Position numbers and translations under genes: made by a program. A stretch of DNA of 38,172 nt, taken from Vicugna vicugna (Eukaryota). This document shows positions 32,469 through 38,172 of this stretch, in pieces. The notes beneath the pieces were generated by a model. It was not told where the DNA came from. It worked only from the letters and a program-made list of their open reading frames with translations, and did not search any database. Location: contig MU058228.1 in the NCBI GenBank assembly GCA_013265495.1, forward strand, positions 186,001-224,172. The letters are read 5' to 3'. The first letter of the stretch is position 1. Every line of letters starts with the position of its first letter.

Positions 32469-35400
32469 GAATATCATACGAGAATATTGTGAAAAACTAT
32501 ATGGGACCAAAATGGATAACGTAGGGCAGATGGACAAATTTCTGGAAACATACAGTCCACCAAGACTGAACCAAGAAGAAACTGACCACTTGAACAAACC
32601 GATCACTAGAAATGAAATCAAATTAGCAATAAAAAACCTCCCTACAAATAAAAGTCCACGACCATCCGGCTTCACCAGGGAATTCTACCAAACATACAAA
32701 GAAAACTCATCCCAGTCCTTCTCAAACTCTTCCAGAAGTCACAAAGTCATTCTATGAAGCCACCATCACCCTGATACCAAAACCAGGCAAAGACACCACC
32801 AAAAAAGAGAATTACAGACCATTAACACTGATGAATGTAGATGAAAAGTCCTTGCCAAAATATTAGCAAATAGAATCCAGTAGCACATAAAAAAGATTAT
32901 ACATCATAATCAATTGGGGTTCATCCCAGGGACACAAGGGTGGTTCAACATACGCAAATCAATCAATGTAATACATCACATCAACAAGAGAAAGGACAAA
33001 AACCACATGATCATCTCAATAGATGCAGAAAAAGCATTTGATAAAATTCAACACCCATTTATGATAAAAACTCTCACCAAAGTGGGTATAGAGGGAACAT
33101 ATCTCAACATAACATAAAAAAGATTATACATCATAATCAATTGGGGCTCATCCCAGGGACACAAGGGTGGTTCAACATACGCAAATCAATCAATGTAATA
33201 CATCACATCAACAAGAGAAAGGACAAAAACCACATGATCATCTCAATAGATGCAGAAAAACCATTTGATAAAATTCAACACCCATTTATGATAAAAACTC
33301 TCACCAAAGTGGCTATGGAGGGAACATATCTCAACATAATAAAAGCTACAGCCACCATAGTACTCAACGGTGAAAAACTCAAAAGTTTCCCACTAAAATC
33401 TGGGACAAGACAAGGATGCCCACTATCACCACTCTTATTCAACACAGTCTTGGAAGTCCTAGCCACAGCAATCAGGCAAGAGAGAGAAATAAAAGGGATC
33501 CAAATTAGAAAACAAGAGGTAAAAGTGTCACTATATGCCAATGTCACGATACTATACATAGAAAACCCTAAAAGGTCCACACAAAAACTACTAGAGATGA
33601 TCGAAGAATTCAGCAAGGTAGCAGGTTATAAGATTAACGTTCAAAAATCACTTGCATTTCTTTACACTAATGATGAATCAACAGGAAAAGGAACTAAAGA
33701 AACAATCCCCTTTAAAATAGCACCCAGAGTAATAAAATACCTAGGGATAAATCTAACCAAGGAGGTGAAAGGCTTCTACACAGAAAACTATAAACCATCG
33801 ATGAAGGAAATTAAAGAGGACTTTAAAAAATGGAAAGATAGCTCATGCTCTTGGATTGGAAGAATCAATATTGTTAACATGATCACATTGCCCAAGGCAA
33901 TCTACAGGTTTAATGCAATCCCTATCAAATTACCCAGGACGTATTTCACAGAACTACAACAAATTGTAACAAAATTTATATGGAGCCATCAAAGACCTAG
34001 AATTGCCAAAGCATTACTGAAGAGAAAGAAAGAGGCTGGAGGAATAACTCTCCCAGACTTCAGAGAATACTATACAGCTGCAGTTATCAAGACAGCATGG
34101 TACTGGTACAAAAAAGAGACAAACAGACCAATGGAACAGAATAGAGAGTCCCGAATTGAACCCACAAACTTTTGGTCTACTAATCTTTGAGAAAGGAGGC
34201 AAGAAGATACACTGGAATAAAGACAGTCTCTCCAGCAAATGGTGTTGGGAAAACTGAACAGAAGCATGTAAAGCAATGAAACTAGAACACTCCTTTACAC
34301 CATACACAAAAATAAACTCAAAATGGATCAAAGACTTAAACATAAGACATGATACAATAAACCTCCTAGAGGAAAATATAGGCAAAACATTATCTGACAT
34401 ACATCTCAAAAATGTTCTCCTAGGGCAGTCTACTCAAGCAACAGAAATAAAAGCAAGAATAAACAAATGGGACCTAATGAAACTTACAAGCTTCTGTACA
34501 GCAAAGGAAATCATAAGTAAAACAAAAAGACAACCTACGGAATGGGAGAAAATTTTTGCAGATGAAACCGACAAAGGCCTGATCTCCAGAATGTATAAGC
34601 AGCTCATATGACTTAATAAGAAAAAACAAACAACCCAATCCAAAAATGGGCAGAAGACCTAAACAAGCAATTCTCCAAGGAGGACATACAAATGATCAAT
34701 AGGCATATGAAAAAAATGCTCAATATCACTAATTATCAGAGAAATGCAAATCAAAACTACAATGAGGTATCACCTCACACCAGTCAGAATGGCCATCATT
34801 CAAAAATCCACAAATGACAAATGCTGGAGAGGCTGTGGAGAAAAGGGAACCCTCCTGCACTGCTGGTGGGAATGCAGTTTGGTGCAGCCATTATCGAAAA
34901 CAGTATGGAGATTCCTCAAAAGACTAGGAATAGACTTACCATATGACCCAGGAATCCCGCTCCTGGGCATATATCCAGAAGGAACCCTACTTCAGGATGA
35001 CACCTGCACCCCAGTGTTCATAGCAGCACTATTCACAATAGCCAAGACATGGAAACAGCCTAAGTGTCCATCAACAGATGACTGGATAAAGAAGATGTGG
35101 CGTATTTTTACAATGGAATACTATTCAGCCATAAAAACCGACAACATAATGCCATTTGCAGCAACATGGATGCTCCTGGAGAATGTCATTCTGACTGAAG
35201 TAAGCCAGAAAGAGAAAGAAAAATACCATATGAGATCTCTCATATGTGGAATCTAAAATTAAAAACAAACAAAACAGACAAAACAGAAATACAAAACAGA
35301 AATTGACTCATAGACATAGAATACAAACTTGTGGTTGCCAAAGGGGTTGGGGGTTGGAAGGGACAGACTGGGATTTCAAAACACAGAATAGATAAACAAG

Positions 35401-35584
35401 ATTATACTGTATAGCACAGGGAAATATGTACAAGATCTTCTGGTAGCTCACAGAGAAAAAAATGTGACAGTCAATATATATATATATATATATATATGTT
35501 CATGTATAACAAAATTGTGCTCTCCAGTGGAATTTGACACAACATTGTAAAATGACTATAACTCAGTAAAAAAAATGTTAAAAA
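32469..35584 (+). mobile_element. Lineage-specific 5'-truncated L1 (3.1 kb), antisense in intron 11 of copy B
   Basis: Long ORF2 remnants (33141-34190 with [10 protein letters not shown] and YANV in place of the F/YADD motif; 34276-34611; 34744-35256), a 3' UTR and an A-tail. TSD AAGAATCCATATATGCA (32452-32468) / AAGAATCTACATAAGCA (35585-35601). Empty site in copy A at ~18100. Confidence 0.95.
32885..33338 (+). repeat. 227-bp tandem duplication inside L1 ORF2
   Basis: 32885-33111 is repeated at 33112-33338 with about four substitutions. ACATAA microhomology at the junction. Confidence 0.95.
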
Positions 35585-35873
35585 AAGAATCTACATAAGC
35601 ATAGAAACATGTTCATAAAGACATGTATTACATATCGATGAGGCTTATTTTAAGGCATTAGGAATTCAGTTGGCTATAATTTTCTTTTTTCTAGTCCACA
35701 GTTTGTATAATTTTGACTTAGTGAACTCTCTTGTAAAGAGAAAAATATTCTAGCAATAAAAAGACGTACAAATAGATGATTGCCTAATCACACATTTGTC
35801 ACCTGTACGGGTTCTCAGAATTTGCAAGCACCCAAAAGGGTCAGGGTGGATTCCTTTCCCCAGGGTCTCGTAC

Positions 35874-36100
35874 CTTTCAGGACGGAACTCCTCAGGCTCT
35901 GTCCAAAGTGCTGGGTCTTTGTGAAGAGCGTAGACTGGCACCATCACCACTGTCCCTTTGGGAACGAACACCCCATTGATTTCCACATCTTTCTTACAGA
36001 CCCTCTCCAGTCTACCAGCAAGTGGGAATATTCTGAGAGTTTCATTCACCACCATGTCAAGATACTCCATCTGTAGCAGGCCATCGTAGGTGGGGGGCGC
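35874..36100 (-). CDS. CYP3A: Cytochrome P450 3A (copy B), exon 11
   Basis: 227 nt: [80 protein letters not shown] intact. Exons 1-10 lie beyond the window, so whole-gene integrity is unknown. Confidence 0.96.
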
Positions 36101-38172
36101 CTGGAAAGAAAGAAATTACTTTTGACACATCGAGTCTTGGGATCAACTTTCAGCTCAGTCTATGAAGTACTATTGAAATGTTAGGTGCTCCGAAGAATAA
36201 TTTAAACTGGCAAAGGACCTTAGCAGTTATAGACATTTTAATCTCTCTATGGCCTTTGACCGGCTTAGTGGCTCTTTGAGATGCATGGAATAGGTATGAC
36301 AATGGGAGACCACTGAGACCATCCCCTAAATAGGGCCTGAAATCTTGCACATTACCCTGCAGTGATTTTTCTTTCTTATTAAAAAAAATGACTAATAGAA
36401 TATGACTCTACTGTTAAGTGAAAGCTGAAATTATTATTTTGTTTTAAAAGGAAGGCACACATCTCTACCAAGGAAAAGGTTATGTGCGAAATAACAATTT
36501 CACTCTTTAACATAAAGTTTCTAAGTTGAAAACTCCTAATCACTAATTCTAATGAATTACTAATGATCACTACTCTAATGAATATACATATACAATTTGA
36601 AAAGATTACATAATCTAAAATCCCTATAAATAATTTGGGGAGGAAAGGGTTCCTTTCTGGACCAAATATGCAAAAGAAGGGTAAGATGGATGCTCCAGGG
36701 GACACACTTTCAGACCTAGGGGAAGTTACCCGAGGGCCAGGACCCCGCCCTCGGCCCCGCCCTCCGTTGCTGAGCAGTCTTCTGCTGTCACTGAAGTTCT
36801 GACTGTAAGGTCTGAGGGTCTAATCAAGCCTCTCCAGCCCCAGAGGCCAGGTCTCCTAACAATTCCAGTTTTGGCAGAGATCCACCAACAGTGAGGGTGA
36901 CGTGTGGCTGTCACATGGTGTTGTATTTTAGAGGCAATATCGTAAAGGGTAAGAATTGGCTCAGGAGCCAGGGACACCCTGGCTCAGAGCTTGGCTTTTT
37001 CTCCACGGGGTACACGACGAGTGTATGCAAGGATTCCATCTCTCGGCAGCTCAGTTTTCTGATGTGTCACATGGAGATAATTCGAGCTGACACGTCACAG
37101 GGCTCTGTGGCAGAGACCCTCACTGCTCACCCAGTGTCCACGTGGTCCCCACATTTCCCAGCCCACCTGAAGTTAGGGAAACCAGCGCTGCCAGTGGGCT
37201 GTGAACTGAGTTGATTATGGCAGTTCAGGGACCAAATAATTGAAAAGCCAGTGAGCAACTGTCAAGTCCCTTATCCCCAGACAACAAGACCCATGTTCCA
37301 GACAACGCAGCTACAGGACAGTGGGGCCTTAGTCAGCATCCCTGAGTAACCCTGTCGATCCGAGCTCCCCACTCCCATCCTCCAGTACTCCTCCTTGTGG
37401 GACTTGTAAATGCAGGAACATACCTTTGCTCTGATAGCCCCTGAGATTTGAGGGTTCATCTGTTACTGAGGCATAACTTAGCCTCTCTTGACTTAAAACA
37501 CAATTTTAGGAAGATTAGATTCATTTGATATGGAAAGCATTCAGAGCATACACATACAGTAAAAAGCAAATGCTCATTAGCATCGTGGTCATTATAAGCA
37601 TTATTGTAAAGGAGAACACAAGACTTAACCAACTAAAGGTCTCTTAGTGACCTTTTCACATTCTTGTAGTAAAAAGGAATCTCAATGCGGGGTTAACAGA
37701 GAAGAAGGATTATCTCTAATTTAAGTCAGCCCTACACTGTATCCTTATCTTGTATTTAAATGAACCAGGACTCTGAAATGTCATAAAACTTGTCGAAAAC
37801 CACAGTCATGAGTCAAACTCATGTCCTCTATTTCCTACCCTATGCAATCTGTGGTGACAAGGTTCCTCCTCATCTGCAGTTTACCCAGGGTGGGAGATTG
37901 AATTGATGGTCCCAATTCTGCACCCCTTCCTGTGTCCCTGCCTTTGCCATCTAACTTTGTGGTGCCCTCGCTTTGTGACTCTGGGGTTGACCAGCTTGTC
38001 TGAAACAGTGGAAAGTTTCCTAAGTGTGCTGCAAGCAAAGGTTTGAGTACGAGGGAGGGGCACGTGTGCAGTTGAGTCAGCGCAGCCAGCTTAGCCAGTC
38101 ACCCTAGACCAGCCAACACCCAGACCAAATCAAGTCAAGCCTCAGCAACAGGTAACTAAGCAGACAAGACAC

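Noticed and set aside
33141..34190. 349-aa reverse-transcriptase ORF as a novel RT system or domesticated gene
   Set aside because: It is a fragment of a 5'-truncated L1 ORF2 with a degraded catalytic motif (YANV), stops, frameshifts, a 3' UTR, an A-tail and a TSD.
1..38172. CRISPR arrays, operons, rRNA or other prokaryote-type systems
   Set aside because: The sequence is intron-containing mammalian DNA and I saw no regularly spaced repeat-spacer array.

Overview
Mammalian genomic DNA, most likely a camelid, judged from Vic-1-like tRNA-derived SINEs (inference). It covers the edge of the CYP3A cluster. From left to right: (1) an intact olfactory receptor resembling OR2AE1 (+, 1485-2429); (2) a block of nested L1 elements; (3) an orphan, multiply frameshifted 7TM exon of a vomeronasal type-2 receptor (-, 7913-8827); (4) an ERV solo LTR; (5) CYP3A copy A (-, 13374-24628), a 5'-truncated pseudogene that starts abruptly inside exon 8 and has a dead exon 9 donor, a +1 frameshift in exon 12 and a Thr->Pro change in the I-helix; (6) the 3' end of CYP3A copy B (-, exons 11-13, 28389-36100, continuing beyond the window), which looks intact and carries a young 3.1-kb L1 in intron 11. 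I found no novel multi-gene system. The most notable items are the exon 8 breakpoint with microhomology and a NAGNAG acceptor, possible read-through splicing from copy B into intact exons of copy A, a 228-bp perfectly identical intronic tract between otherwise diverged paralogs, and a ~460-bp tandem duplication that copies a poly(A) signal. Repeat family names come from recalled consensus sequences, not from a RepeatMasker run.
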